Shown here: piece by piece, positions 50,770 through 61,142 of the stretch
Layout of the letters: every line of letters begins with the position of its first letter
Position numbering within the stretch: position 1 is the stretch's first letter
Source of the DNA: Candidatus Bathyarchaeota archaeon
Lineage (GTDB): Archaea; Thermoproteota; Bathyarchaeia; Bathyarchaeales; Bathycorpusculaceae
Direction: 5' to 3'
Assembly: GCA_963815095.1 (NCBI GenBank)
Contig: CAWFFH010000003.1
Span: 1 to 64,000 of the forward strand
DNA length: 64,000 nucleotides
The notes under the pieces: model-generated
Seen by the model: only the letters and a program-made list of their open reading frames with translations
Databases searched by the model: none
What the model was told of the DNA's origin: nothing
Program-made: the position numbers and the translations under genes

Positions 50770-51870
50770 TTGGCATCAAAAGAAAATAATCAACCCTTTG
50801 GCGCGGAAAAACGCGGCAACAAACTTGATCATTTCATCTGGTCTTGCACAAGAGCATACCCAGTAAAACATGCTTTTTCACTTGGCGACGGAAAACCTCT
50901 GCCCAACGAATTGACGACGTCTGAAGCAAAAGCCATGCTGAAAAAAGTGTCTGTTTTTGGGGTTGATAATATCTTCATTTCTGGCGCTGGCTGGACTGGC
51001 GAACCGCTAATGCGCAAAGACTTCATAGAACTAATACAATACGTTGCCGAATTGAAGTTGTCGCCTTACGTAAAGGTCACAGGTTGGCATTTTACAGCTA
51101 AAGTTGCGAAAGAACTCGCTGAAGCAAACTGTAAGGCAATTATTTGTTTCGCAGGGCTTCGGGAAGTAGATGCTAAATTGCGTGGAGAAGGCGCCTTCGA
51201 AGACAGTGTTAATGCAGTCAAACTATGCAAACAATATGATATCCCATTTGCCATGAGCGTAATCAATTCAAAATACGTTGCCAACCAAGTTCCCGATTTA
51301 GTTAATCTTGCGATTGATTTGGGAGCGCGAAGCTTCCATTTGGCATCGTTGATTCCACAGCCAATCGACGTGGAAAACCAGTTCAAGATTCTAGGCGCAT
51401 TAGAGCCAACCCCCCAGCAGAGAGAAGACCAACTCAACGAAATTTACGAACTCAATAAAAAAGTCCAAGAGAAAATCCTAATTGTACCCTACGAAATGTT
51501 CAACAACCGTGTACTCAAAACCAAAGAGCCTTGGCGCGAACTTAGAAGTACATGTAGCATGTGTGACAACCTCAAAAAATATGAGTGGCTTGAAATTTTA
51601 GAAGATGGAAAAGCTTACGCTTGTGCCCCACTAAACTTGCAGTTTGGTGATATACGAACCGACAGTATTCAGCAAATCATGGATCGCATGCCAAAATCCA
51701 AAGAACTCATGAAACTAGCAGATCGCAACAACCTCAAAGGCAAGTGCGGTGTTTGCGAATTCAAAATGATTTGTGGTGGCTGCCGTGCAAGAGCTTACAT
51801 CTTTAGCAAGGACACCTTAAATCAAGACCCAGCATGCGTTTACCGACCAGCCGCTTTCGGCAAAAATTAA
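50770..51870 (+). CDS. Radical SAM/SPASM-like protein lacking CxxxCxxC
   Basis: ELTT.E, GEPLMR.D, RG.GAF and SPASM CGVC..ICGGCRARAY..DPAC are present; the N-terminus reads WSCTRAYPVKHAF. Confidence 0.8.
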   Translation: MASKENNQPFGAEKRGNKLDHFIWSCTRAYPVKHAFSLGDGKPLPNELTTSEAKAMLKKVSVFGVDNIFISGAGWTGEPLMRKDFIELIQYVAELKLSPYVKVTGWHFTAKVAKELAEANCKAIICFAGLREVDAKLRGEGAFEDSVNAVKLCKQYDIPFAMSVINSKYVANQVPDLVNLAIDLGARSFHLASLIPQPIDVENQFKILGALEPTPQQREDQLNEIYELNKKVQEKILIVPYEMFNNRVLKTKEPWRELRSTCSMCDNLKKYEWLEILEDGKAYACAPLNLQFGDIRTDSIQQIMDRMPKSKELMKLADRNNLKGKCGVCEFKMICGGCRARAYIFSKDTLNQDPACVYRPAAFGKN

Positions 51871-51883
51871 GAAGAGGACGAAA

Positions 51884-52516
51884 ATGGTAAAAGCTGACAA
51901 AACCGAATCATTTGATTTCCTAAAAAAGCAAGCCCTCGAATTAGGTGCTAAAGACGCAAAAATAATTCCTGTTAAAAAAATCGTAATCGAAGATCGAGTT
52001 GTTTTCAAATGTAAACTCGGCTGCGAAAAATACGGAAAAACCCTAGCATGCCCTCCATACGCTCCTACACCTGAGGAATTCCGAAAAATAGTCAACGACT
52101 ACCATTACGCCATGTTCATGAAGTTTAAAACGCAAGTTGAGGGAGATTCGGAACTAATAAAGTATCTTTCTAAAGGTGATGACCCCTCTGTTCCTGCGGA
52201 GATGAAATTAAAAGTTGAAGAGTTCTGGTCTGGTTGGAAAATTGAGATGAAAAAAATCTTAGATGTTGTACATGACCTCGAAAAGGCGGCCGCTAAAGAA
52301 GGATATCTGCTTGCTATTGGGTTGGTCTCGGGAGCATGTAACTTGTGTGAAGAATGCAACATAGAAAAAGGCGTCTGCATCCACCCTACAATGAAACGTT
52401 ACTCAGAAGAAGGCGTCGGAGTCAACGTTAAAGCAACCGCGGGAAAAGCAGGCATCAAATTTACTTTGCCATTTAATAAGAATCCTGAAACTTTCGCTTT
52501 GCTCTTAATAGATTAG
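51884..52516 (+). CDS. DUF2284 Cys-rich metal-binding protein
   Basis: KC..GC..YG..LACPPY, GACNLCEEC, C.HP..R.S.EG.G.NV. Confidence 0.85.
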   Translation: MVKADKTESFDFLKKQALELGAKDAKIIPVKKIVIEDRVVFKCKLGCEKYGKTLACPPYAPTPEEFRKIVNDYHYAMFMKFKTQVEGDSELIKYLSKGDDPSVPAEMKLKVEEFWSGWKIEMKKILDVVHDLEKAAAKEGYLLAIGLVSGACNLCEECNIEKGVCIHPTMKRYSEEGVGVNVKATAGKAGIKFTLPFNKNPETFALLLID

Positions 52517-52583
52517 TTCATAAGTTAATGCTTATATAACCAAAAATTCACCTTCAATCAAAATTCAATTGTGAGGCTAATAG

Positions 52584-53690
52584 ATGACATTGAATACGAG
52601 AATCGAGAATATTGACGCTGAAGTCAAAGACCAAACCCTTGTCATTAGGTCAAAAAATCCACTTAGAATTCTCAGCTCTGCCCTTTTGAATGGTGGTTTG
52701 GTTGAGGCAAATGGAATAATTAATGTTCAGGTTCCTGTAGGCAGTGGGAGCGATATGAACGATATGCACTGGAGCGGTCCCGAAGTTTTCTTGAAAAAGA
52801 AAGTGCAATCACTTCAACTTCCGATCGACAAAGTACTCGGATTGATGACTGCGGCAAATATGAAGAATTTGCAGGTCCTAAATGAGAAATGTGGAGAAGC
52901 AACTCTGACAGTTTTTGTTACCGCTGGGGCAACAGTAGCGGTTACGGCAGGTGAACCGGCAGCTTCAAAGAGTACTTTACTTGAACGAATCGGCACAATC
53001 AATATCATAATACTTGTTGATGGAAACCTAACTGACGGCTGCATGGTTGAAGTTATCAAAACAGCCACCGAAGCAAAAACGGTTGCAATACGAGAGTTAG
53101 ATATTAGAAGTCGTTTTTCAGGCGACTTAGCCACTGGGACATTGACGGATAGTGTTGTAGTGGGTTGCACCAAAAAAGGGGAAACAATACGGTACGCTGG
53201 GACATTTACAATTCTTGGGGAATTAATTGGCAAATGTGTGCGTGAGGGAGTGAAGACCGCCATTTGCAAGCAAGAAAATATTGCGCCAGACAGATCACTT
53301 GTTGAAAGGTTAGCAGATAGATGTCTATCACTCGAAACTATCGTTTCGCAGATTTCTGAGGGAAAAATAACAAAAAAGACACCTCAGTATCTGCAAATTC
53401 GAAAACGACTGGAATCGACTCTGTTTGACCCAAAAATTGCAACGCTTGTTATAGCAGCTCTTAGACTCGATGAAGACTTAGCAAAAGGCTTAATCCCCAA
53501 AAAAACTCCAAACACAGTTGATCAGGCTTTGTTTGAGGAAATTGTTAAATCTGCTTCAAAATATTCCTTGAATGATTTTCCAGAATTTTACTTCAATAAA
53601 GAAAAGCCCGAAGAAGAAGCCCAGCTAGGTCCTTTTACAAAAAGTGTTTTAAAAGCTATTTTCCAAGAGGCTCAATCAAACATCCCCTGA
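52584..53690 (+). CDS. cbiZ: Adenosylcobinamide amidohydrolase with CobZ-like C-terminal segment
   Basis: LSSA..NGG, GLMTAA, VTAG, GTINII, TATEAK, ATGTLTD. Confidence 0.9.
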   Translation: MTLNTRIENIDAEVKDQTLVIRSKNPLRILSSALLNGGLVEANGIINVQVPVGSGSDMNDMHWSGPEVFLKKKVQSLQLPIDKVLGLMTAANMKNLQVLNEKCGEATLTVFVTAGATVAVTAGEPAASKSTLLERIGTINIIILVDGNLTDGCMVEVIKTATEAKTVAIRELDIRSRFSGDLATGTLTDSVVVGCTKKGETIRYAGTFTILGELIGKCVREGVKTAICKQENIAPDRSLVERLADRCLSLETIVSQISEGKITKKTPQYLQIRKRLESTLFDPKIATLVIAALRLDEDLAKGLIPKKTPNTVDQALFEEIVKSASKYSLNDFPEFYFNKEKPEEEAQLGPFTKSVLKAIFQEAQSNIP

Positions 53691-53747
53691 CTGTTTGGGG
53701 TCATCTTGCCCTTGCAGAATAGAAAAGTATTACTATTTCAATAAATA

Positions 53748-54458
53748 GTGTGCATGACTATGGATCTGTCAATAATCTTTATCCTTTTTACAAGATTAGG
53801 GTTAGGCTTAGCGCATTCCCTTGACCCTGACCATGTTGTCGCAGTATCCACCTTATTATGCAATAACAAAAGCCTACGAAAATCCATCTCTTCAGCAACT
53901 GTCTGGGGCGTTGGGCATTCAGCGGTGCTTTTTGTAATCGGATTACTTTTCCTCACCCTAAGCGTTGTAATTCCTCAATCTATGCTCAATCTATTCGATT
54001 GCGCCGCTGGATTTTTGCTAATAACTTTGGGAGCATTTGTGCTTAGACCATTAATTGCTGAAAAAATCAACGACAACCAAATTATCAATGATCACACCCA
54101 TTCGCACCCGCACTCGCATCCTCATTCACATTCACACGATCACGCCATCGAAAACCATCAAGAACATGCTTATCTGCATAAGTCAGCGATTACAGGTGCT
54201 CTGCAGGGTCTGGGAGGCAGCGCTGCCTTAATGTTGGTAACGGTGTCAACTGTGAATTCAGTTGAGGTAGGTGCAGTCTTCATTTTCATCTTCGGAGTTG
54301 GCGTCATCTTGGGTATGGTTGGTATTGCTTGCTTAGTCGGGTCTGTTTTGGCTTATACTGCAGCGAATTTGGAGAAAGGGCATAAAGTCATTAAAGTTCT
54401 AACTGGTTCAGCCAGTATCGTTTTTGGTATCGTCATTATTGTTTATGCTGTGGTTTAG
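53748..54458 (+). CDS. UreH/NiCoT-like Ni/Co permease with His-rich loop
   Basis: HSLDPDH, WGVGHS, HTHSHPHSHPHSHSHDH, GL.GSAAL. Confidence 0.85.
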   Translation: MCMTMDLSIIFILFTRLGLGLAHSLDPDHVVAVSTLLCNNKSLRKSISSATVWGVGHSAVLFVIGLLFLTLSVVIPQSMLNLFDCAAGFLLITLGAFVLRPLIAEKINDNQIINDHTHSHPHSHPHSHSHDHAIENHQEHAYLHKSAITGALQGLGGSAALMLVTVSTVNSVEVGAVFIFIFGVGVILGMVGIACLVGSVLAYTAANLEKGHKVIKVLTGSASIVFGIVIIVYAVV

Positions 54459-54505
54459 TCGTTACAAAACCAAACGTTGAATACTGTTAAACTGCCTCTG
54501 ATTTT

Positions 54506-55198
54506 CTACGATCTTCTGGTTTCGCAGTTGTTTGGTAGTTTTTTCTGTGTGAAGAGTTCTAAACCCCAAAGTTTTACGCCTCCTAACCGCGATAACGAAA
54601 CAATCAGCGAAGACGCAATAACACCCTCAATTATTCCTGTTGGAACATACCAAAAAAGCATAGAGGGAACAGTCACAAATAATCCTCCAAGAGTGCCAAC
54701 CATTGGAAAAAGACCAATTTCTATTCCTACAGCCAACGCTGTACATACATTAGAGATGAAGGAAGCAACAAACATTCCAATCGCTAACCTTTTTGTCGTA
54801 AACCCTCTTGAAAGGAACGCTTTTACGATGAAGAATGACAATGCGCCGATTACTGCCATGTTGAAGAGGTTTACGCCAAAAGTTGTTATTCCGCCATCAC
54901 CTAACGCTAAAGCCTGAATAACTAAGGTTATAGTCATACTGATTACACAAGCGAATGGTCCAAGAATCATGGAGATTGCAGTTCCGCCTAAGAAATGCCA
55001 CGTACTGCCTCCGCCCGCGACAGGAAATTCGACTAACTGAATAACGAGTAGGAGTGAACTAACAACGCCAATTAGCGGGATAATATGGCGTGGGTGATTC
55101 TTTTTTATTCCATGCCACGCCCACGCTAGAAAACTGAAAGCTACGAGGTACATGGTTATACACGCATATGGATTGAGAATTCCATCGGGGATGTGCAT
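54506..55198 (-). CDS. cbiM: ECF cobalt/nickel S-component
   Basis: N-terminal MHIPDG, H..GG, QALALGDGGITT.G.N. Confidence 0.88.
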   Translation of the reverse strand: MHIPDGILNPYACITMYLVAFSFLAWAWHGIKKNHPRHIIPLIGVVSSLLLVIQLVEFPVAGGGSTWHFLGGTAISMILGPFACVISMTITLVIQALALGDGGITTFGVNLFNMAVIGALSFFIVKAFLSRGFTTKRLAIGMFVASFISNVCTALAVGIEIGLFPMVGTLGGLFVTVPSMLFWYVPTGIIEGVIASSLIVSLSRLGGVKLWGLELFTQKKLPNNCETRRS

Positions 55199-55416
55199 TT
55201 CTTAAATAGTGTGAACTTTACGTATTTTAGTGTTACTGCCCACTCGAAAAACCTTTTGACAACATAATAAATTACCCAAAGAAACAAAAAAGGATCAAAT
55301 CAAAGGGAAACCGCAGGGTAAAATCATCCATGAGGTTAGATACCCCAAATTATTTGGGGTAGAAAATAATATTCACAAAAATTTTAAAACAAAAAAAATA
55401 AAAGAAAAGAAGAATA

Positions 55417-56175
55417 TTATTTTTTATTTCTTCTTGTGACTGCAAATGTTCCAAATGCGACAGCGACTAACATTACAACTAAAATGCCTGCAACTGCAGA
55501 TGAATACTCAGGGACTGCTGGTGTTGGTGTTGGAAGTGATACGGTGCTGCTTGTTGGAACGAACATTGCTTGTAAACCGCAGCTATTTGCTGTAACGTCT
55601 AATGCAACTGTGTCTGATGTGTAAGTGTTAGCTCCGTTTGCAGAGACAACTATCCAATAGAGGAACTGGAAGCCAGAACCAGGAACAGCTTGGAAGTTAT
55701 TTGTTGTGCCGGTAGTATAGTTGGTATAGGTTCCTGTGCTTGGATTCGTTTCTCCGCCTATAGAGGCTAAGATATCGATAGTGGCTGATCCACTGGATGT
55801 TGAAGATTCTGTAGCGTTGCTAGTTGGGATGAACATTGCCTGTATTGCACTGCTAGCAACGTCTGGAGTGTATGCCAATGGGTTATCGGTTGAAGTAGTA
55901 GCCCCCGATGCGCTGACAACTTCCCAGCACAAGAATTGGAAGCCTGAGCCAGCAGTTGCATTTAAATCAACTACTGTGCCATTTTCAAAATTGTAGCTGG
56001 TTCCTCCAGGAAGAGTTGCCCCCATCGTTGAGATTGATCCGCCTAATGAAGTGTAGATGTAAACTGAGTCCTGTGTTGCTGCTTTTACACTTGGACTTGT
56101 AGCAACTATTAATAGCGCTGATGTTAGAAAAATCAGAGCAAAAGCTTTAAAGTTTTTAGATTTTGACATTTTCAA
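55417..56175 (-). CDS. Ser/Thr-rich surface protein with two InlB-B-like repeats and PEY/PEF-CTERM anchor
   Basis: Signal peptide, duplicated GG...A..GSGFQFL.W...QAMF.PT unit, VPEYS + TM + RRNKK. Confidence 0.8.
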   Translation of the reverse strand: MKMSKSKNFKAFALIFLTSALLIVATSPSVKAATQDSVYIYTSLGGSISTMGATLPGGTSYNFENGTVVDLNATAGSGFQFLCWEVVSASGATTSTDNPLAYTPDVASSAIQAMFIPTSNATESSTSSGSATIDILASIGGETNPSTGTYTNYTTGTTNNFQAVPGSGFQFLYWIVVSANGANTYTSDTVALDVTANSCGLQAMFVPTSSTVSLPTPTPAVPEYSSAVAGILVVMLVAVAFGTFAVTRRNKK

Positions 56176-56276
56176 TTCACCAATTGCTTGTTTACCTTTT
56201 GTTATTTAATTGCCATATAAGGTTTTTCCAATATCTGAAACAATTAATAGAAAATTTAAGCAATTTAGGAGCAGGT

Positions 56277-58367
56277 TTACCTTTCTATTGATATTTTGCT
56301 GATTCCGGCTTCTTTCTCCAGAATAATCACGTGATCCGCTTTTGCTGCGAACGCTTCACTGTGAGTTACAGCGATGATTTGTTCGATGGCTTTGAATCGA
56401 CTTATCGCTTCAGCTAAACGTTCAATGCTGCCGTCTTCGCTTCCTAAGTTTTCTGTGGGTTCATCAAGCATTAGCATACTCAAGCCATGACCAGTTCTCG
56501 ATTGCATTATCAACTGCCCCAATCCCAAACGGTAAGCAAACGCCAACAAAGTTCGTTCTCCACCAGAAAGGTTACTGACCTCACGGTCCACACCTGTTTC
56601 GCTCTTCACATAGGGCGTGTAAGTCTCATCAATAACCACGTTAAGCATGGGTGTTTCGCCGCCCACCAAGCCATCAAGGACTTGCTGCACAAAATTGCGT
56701 AGAACCTTGACAAATTCGCTTCTCAATTTAGGTTGAATACTGCGGTATGCATCCCGGATAGCTCCCAAGACTTCTACTGTTTTGCGAATTTTCTCCATGC
56801 GCTCCAACTTTTCCTGCGCAAGGTTGATGCGTTCTTTGATATCGTCTAAGCGTTGGGCAAGGTCTTTTTTGCGGTTTTCCTTAGTGCGCAAATCTGATTC
56901 TACAACATAATATTGCTTAAACGCATGTTCCCTGTGTATTCTTGCTTCTTCAACGTCTGAAAGGTTGAATTTGCAGATTTCAAACTGAACCAACTCCATT
57001 TGCGAGCGTAAATCAGAATCTATCTTCTGTTTCTCTTCAAGTTCGTTTGAGATGTTTGTAAGGTTGCTTTCTTCCTCAGTTATCCTTGCTTTCAAATCGA
57101 CATTGCGAGTAACGCATGTTTGCAAATTAGAATACGCTTCAGAAGCAACAGCTTTATTTTTTTGGATATTTGCAACTTCAATTCGAAGCAGGTTGATTGT
57201 TTTTTCCCGTTCAACATTCTCCTGCTGAATCCTTTGCAACAACCCCGTTTTGTATTCGCCAGTTAATGGTTGAATACAAAGCGGACACTTACTCTCCTCA
57301 GCCAATTCGCCAGATCTTTTCTTGTCGGTTTGCATACTTCGCGCCGTGGCTTCTTGGTCCGCCTTCAAACTGCTAATTTTGTCATCAAATTCTGCCAAAC
57401 ATGAACTCAATTGTTCAATGGGCTGGTTGGTTGGTAATCCTGCTTGCTCAAGCTTGCTCAAACAAGCTTTCACTTGAGAGTTAAGCGAGGTTTGACGTTG
57501 CTTCAAGTTATCAACAATTGTTCTTTTGCCTTCTATGCGTTGGTTAAACGAAGCTAAAGTGCTTGTCATGTTGGTTATGTTTGCATTTAATTTGGCTTCT
57601 TTACGTTTGAGTTCTTCCACGGCGAGTTTTTTCTCTTCGAGCCGTTTGAGTTCTGCGTTTGCTTCATCTAGAGCTCGCTTTGCAACTACGAGTTTTTGAG
57701 TTGAATTTTCCAAATCCATCTCTAAGAGGGTGAATTCTTCGCTTGCTCGGTTATAGTCATTGCTGAGCTTTTCTAAGCCGTTAACATCTGGGTCTTTTTC
57801 ATAAACCCGTTTCTCAGTGTCATAATCTCGTTGGTATTGTGCAATGTTGCTCCATGCAATTTCATAATCAGATAAACCAAACAATTCATCCAAACGCTTT
57901 TGCCTATCCCGCGGCGCAGCATCCAACAATTCCTTGAGGTGTTCTTGCCTAAACCAGACGATTTCACGGTACAGGTCCTTATCCAAACCCGTTATTGCCT
58001 TTAGTTGTTCGGCGATTGCGTCGGTTTTCATGCTGGCAACAAGCTTCTCATCTTCATAGAGCTTTAGTTGCTCAAAGTCTTGGCTGATGCTTTTGCCCTT
58101 GCGTTTTAAGCCTCGCGTTAACTTGTAGGTGCTGCCGTTATGACTAAACTGCACTGTAACCCTGCACCAGTCAGCATCTTCCCGCATAAGATACTCGAAG
58201 CTTCTACTTCCTATAGTATCGCCAAATAAAACAAAGTCAACCGCGTACATGACGCTGGATTTGCCCCTGCCTACGCCACCAACTAAACAGTTGAACCCGC
58301 TGGTGAAGGGAACTGTGGATTTGGTGTGACTGCGGATGTTTTCAAGCTGAACTATTTCTATTTTCAT
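56277..58367 (-). CDS. rad50: DNA double-strand break repair ATPase Rad50
   Basis: NIRSH, Walker A GGVGRGKSS, coiled coil with CPLC hook, LSGGE, LDEPT. Confidence 0.92.
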   Translation of the reverse strand: MKIEIVQLENIRSHTKSTVPFTSGFNCLVGGVGRGKSSVMYAVDFVLFGDTIGSRSFEYLMREDADWCRVTVQFSHNGSTYKLTRGLKRKGKSISQDFEQLKLYEDEKLVASMKTDAIAEQLKAITGLDKDLYREIVWFRQEHLKELLDAAPRDRQKRLDELFGLSDYEIAWSNIAQYQRDYDTEKRVYEKDPDVNGLEKLSNDYNRASEEFTLLEMDLENSTQKLVVAKRALDEANAELKRLEEKKLAVEELKRKEAKLNANITNMTSTLASFNQRIEGKRTIVDNLKQRQTSLNSQVKACLSKLEQAGLPTNQPIEQLSSCLAEFDDKISSLKADQEATARSMQTDKKRSGELAEESKCPLCIQPLTGEYKTGLLQRIQQENVEREKTINLLRIEVANIQKNKAVASEAYSNLQTCVTRNVDLKARITEEESNLTNISNELEEKQKIDSDLRSQMELVQFEICKFNLSDVEEARIHREHAFKQYYVVESDLRTKENRKKDLAQRLDDIKERINLAQEKLERMEKIRKTVEVLGAIRDAYRSIQPKLRSEFVKVLRNFVQQVLDGLVGGETPMLNVVIDETYTPYVKSETGVDREVSNLSGGERTLLAFAYRLGLGQLIMQSRTGHGLSMLMLDEPTENLGSEDGSIERLAEAISRFKAIEQIIAVTHSEAFAAKADHVIILEKEAGISKISIER

Positions 58368-59566
58368 TTGGCGAGCTCCTCGATGGCTTGCTTGACTTTG
58401 TCGTCTTGTTTACGAGTTAAGGGCTCAATTAAGCTAATTGCGGCTTTGGCAATTCTGTTCGCGTCCTCTTTGCCATACCGTGCAGAAAAAATTTCCACAA
58501 AATACTCAAACCCTTTGGTTTTCAGATCCTTAAAGCCACTTTCGAAGATTGAACGCACAATTTCATCTGACACTACGGTCTCCTTGAGTAGAACAACCGG
58601 ATGAACAAGCAGGGCTTTTGGGGCTGCGCTTCGGATTTTTGCCATGTTGATTTCTGTTCGGCTGGCTTCTGTAGGTAAGGTCCCTTTGAGCACTGGAATT
58701 ATTACTGCCCCTTCAGCTTCAGCATCTTTTACTAATTGAGTAGCTAAGTCGGTTATTTTGGCCGAGGACATTCCTGAGAAGTCTTGTTCTATTATGACGA
58801 ATCTGCGTGGTGAAGTTAATTCGATTAGTTCAGGTTGGACTTGTCCTTTCTCGTCTACTTTCACATGATAGAAGCCTTTGATGTATTTGGCTTCGCCGTA
58901 ACTCACCGTTTCTGTGCATCCGCTGTAAACCAAAATACCGTCTTTAAATTTGCCAAGGTATCTTTCATGAACGTGCCCAGCCGCATAATAACAAAAACCT
59001 CCTGGCAATTCCTCAGGCAAGATTTCCGCTTCAAAAGGTCCCTTAACGCTTGGTAAATCTAATGCGCCGTGAAAAACAAATATGTTTGCAATACCGGTTT
59101 TGGGGGTTGGCTGGTTTTCCTCCATGAATTTTGGGAGAGCCTCTTGGGTTTTATGGCGATTATGGTAGGTAGGGATGCCATAAACGTAACAACAATCCTG
59201 TTTGCTCCAACATGCGCCCTGATGTCTGGGCAAGTGAATGATTAGTCCTGCACTGTCAAGAGGGTAGAGGATTGTGCTCGTTATTGTGTTTGGGGCAGAG
59301 TCGTGTGACCCATCCACCGTTAATACGGGGATTGCGGCATCTTTAAGCCGCTTAAAACTTCGAATAGTATTCTCCAACGTATGGTTGGACGGTCTTGCCT
59401 GATGAAACAGATCTCCAGCAATAATCATGAAATCAGGCTTTAACTCAATTGTCCTATCTACGAGCTCCTTAAAAGCATCATCAAAGTCTTGCCTTCTTAC
59501 TTCTAAGCCATACTGCGAATACCCCAAATGCAAGTCTGCAGCGTGAACAAAGCTAAACGGCTTCAA
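58364..59566 (-). CDS. mre11: DNA repair nuclease Mre11
   Basis: ADLHLG, AGDLF, GSHD, GHVH; overlaps rad50. Confidence 0.93.
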   Translation of the reverse strand: MKPFSFVHAADLHLGYSQYGLEVRRQDFDDAFKELVDRTIELKPDFMIIAGDLFHQARPSNHTLENTIRSFKRLKDAAIPVLTVDGSHDSAPNTITSTILYPLDSAGLIIHLPRHQGACWSKQDCCYVYGIPTYHNRHKTQEALPKFMEENQPTPKTGIANIFVFHGALDLPSVKGPFEAEILPEELPGGFCYYAAGHVHERYLGKFKDGILVYSGCTETVSYGEAKYIKGFYHVKVDEKGQVQPELIELTSPRRFVIIEQDFSGMSSAKITDLATQLVKDAEAEGAVIIPVLKGTLPTEASRTEINMAKIRSAAPKALLVHPVVLLKETVVSDEIVRSIFESGFKDLKTKGFEYFVEIFSARYGKEDANRIAKAAISLIEPLTRKQDDKVKQAIEELAK

Positions 59567-59722
59567 GCGGGCAAGTCTCCCTGATGTTTACCATTGTGCT
59601 GTGTTAGTTAGTTTGTATGTTTTAAGTGTTTTTGCATGTTCTGATATAAGGAAGTTTTTGGTTGTTGAGGGGAAAAATATAAACCACTACGTAGAGTTTA
59701 GTGGGTAAAAGGCGTCAGTTAA

Positions 59723-60529
59723 ATGAAATGCCAAGCATGCTCTCAAGAGACTTTTCTTCCTTTCCGTTGCCCTCATTGCGGAGGACAATTCTGCGATACA
59801 CACCGTTTACCTGAGAACCATGCCTGCCCAAAAATCGATACTGCCCGAGCCCAAAGACAAGATCAAGTATTAAACCCTGAAGCGTACAATTCATACAATT
59901 ATAGCTATGTTTTTGGTCAGCAACCGTTTCAGCGGCAGCATCGAATTCGTTGGAGCCACAAAGAAGTTCAACATATAGGTATTGCTGCGGCACTCGTAGT
60001 TGGCATCGGTTTTTCGATCGGTTTGTACAGTTTTAGCTGGGGCTGGCTGGTTATGGCTGTCTTCGCCACCCTTATGACAGTGTCTTTTCTGACACATGAG
60101 ATAGCTCATAAAGTTATGGCGCAGAAGGCAGGTATGTGGGCTGAATTTCGCCTCACCACATGGGGAGCCGTATTAACGCTCATTTCCGTGTTTTTGCCAT
60201 TCAAAATGATAGCTCCAGGCGCCATGATGATTGGAGGTCAAACCCCATCTCCAAAGAACTACTTAAAAATCTCAATAGCTGGCGTAATAACCAATATGAT
60301 ATTCTCTGCAACATTTCTGGCTTTAGCGTTTGGTTTACCCGTCAGCGATTATTCAGGCATGCTTTTGTTTGCGGCTTACATTAATGCATTTATGGCTCTC
60401 TTTAACTTGATTCCCTTCGGGATCTTGGACGGTTACAAAGTATTTAGTTTGAATAAAAAAGTGTGGATTGCCGCATTTATCCCAAGTGTTATCCTTACAG
60501 GGGTTATAGCTTGGATACTTTTTGTCTAA
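59723..60529 (+). CDS. AN1-type zinc finger fused to M50 (site-2) protease
   Basis: C..C..LPF.C..CGG.FC..HRLPENH.C, HEIAH, FNLIPFGILDG. Confidence 0.9.
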   Translation: MKCQACSQETFLPFRCPHCGGQFCDTHRLPENHACPKIDTARAQRQDQVLNPEAYNSYNYSYVFGQQPFQRQHRIRWSHKEVQHIGIAAALVVGIGFSIGLYSFSWGWLVMAVFATLMTVSFLTHEIAHKVMAQKAGMWAEFRLTTWGAVLTLISVFLPFKMIAPGAMMIGGQTPSPKNYLKISIAGVITNMIFSATFLALAFGLPVSDYSGMLLFAAYINAFMALFNLIPFGILDGYKVFSLNKKVWIAAFIPSVILTGVIAWILFV

Positions 60530-60684
60530 TAGACTACTCTTCTCTTTTAATTACCAAGTAATGGTTGACAATCTTTCCATGGTCTATCAAATTAAGAAGT
60601 CAACTTGGGCGCTTAGGCTAAAAGGAAATTTAAGGCGTGTGCTAAAGGTAAATAAAAGCACAAAAAATTAAAAATGTTTAAAAT

Positions 60685-60993
60685 TTAGATTAGTTCGATT
60701 GTGACGTGGACTTCTTCTGGAACCCGTATACGCATTATTCTACGCATGACGCGTTCTTCAGAGTCAATATCGATTAAACGTTTGTGGATACGCATTTCCC
60801 AACGGTCCCATGTGGCTGTGCCTTCGCCTGATGGACCCTTAAGAACTGGAACGCGTAAACGTTTTGTTGGCAGTGGTACTGGACCATTCATTTTCACGCC
60901 TGTTTTTGACGCGATGCTTTTTAGTTCTCCACATACCTCTTCTAATTTACTGTAATCAGTACTTGTAAGGCGTATTCGTGCTTTTCTGACCAT
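60685..60993 (-). CDS. rps10: 30S ribosomal protein S10
   Basis: [25 protein letters not shown]. Confidence 0.97.
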   Translation of the reverse strand: MVRKARIRLTSTDYSKLEEVCGELKSIASKTGVKMNGPVPLPTKRLRVPVLKGPSGEGTATWDRWEMRIHKRLIDIDSEERVMRRIMRIRVPEEVHVTIELI

Positions 60994-61142
60994 ACTTTGA
61001 TGTCAAATCCCGTTATGTTGCAAACCATAGACACAATAGCCAAACATAAAAACCTATCGACCAACAAAAAGAAAGGTTAAAGCCAAAACCAAACGGTGAT
61101 GCAGCCAAAACAGGGCTCTAAAATAGCACTTATCTTTTTTTA

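Noticed and set aside
56277-59566. mre11-rad50 without adjacent nurA/herA
   Set aside because: Split arrangements are common outside hyperthermophiles; the genes may lie elsewhere.
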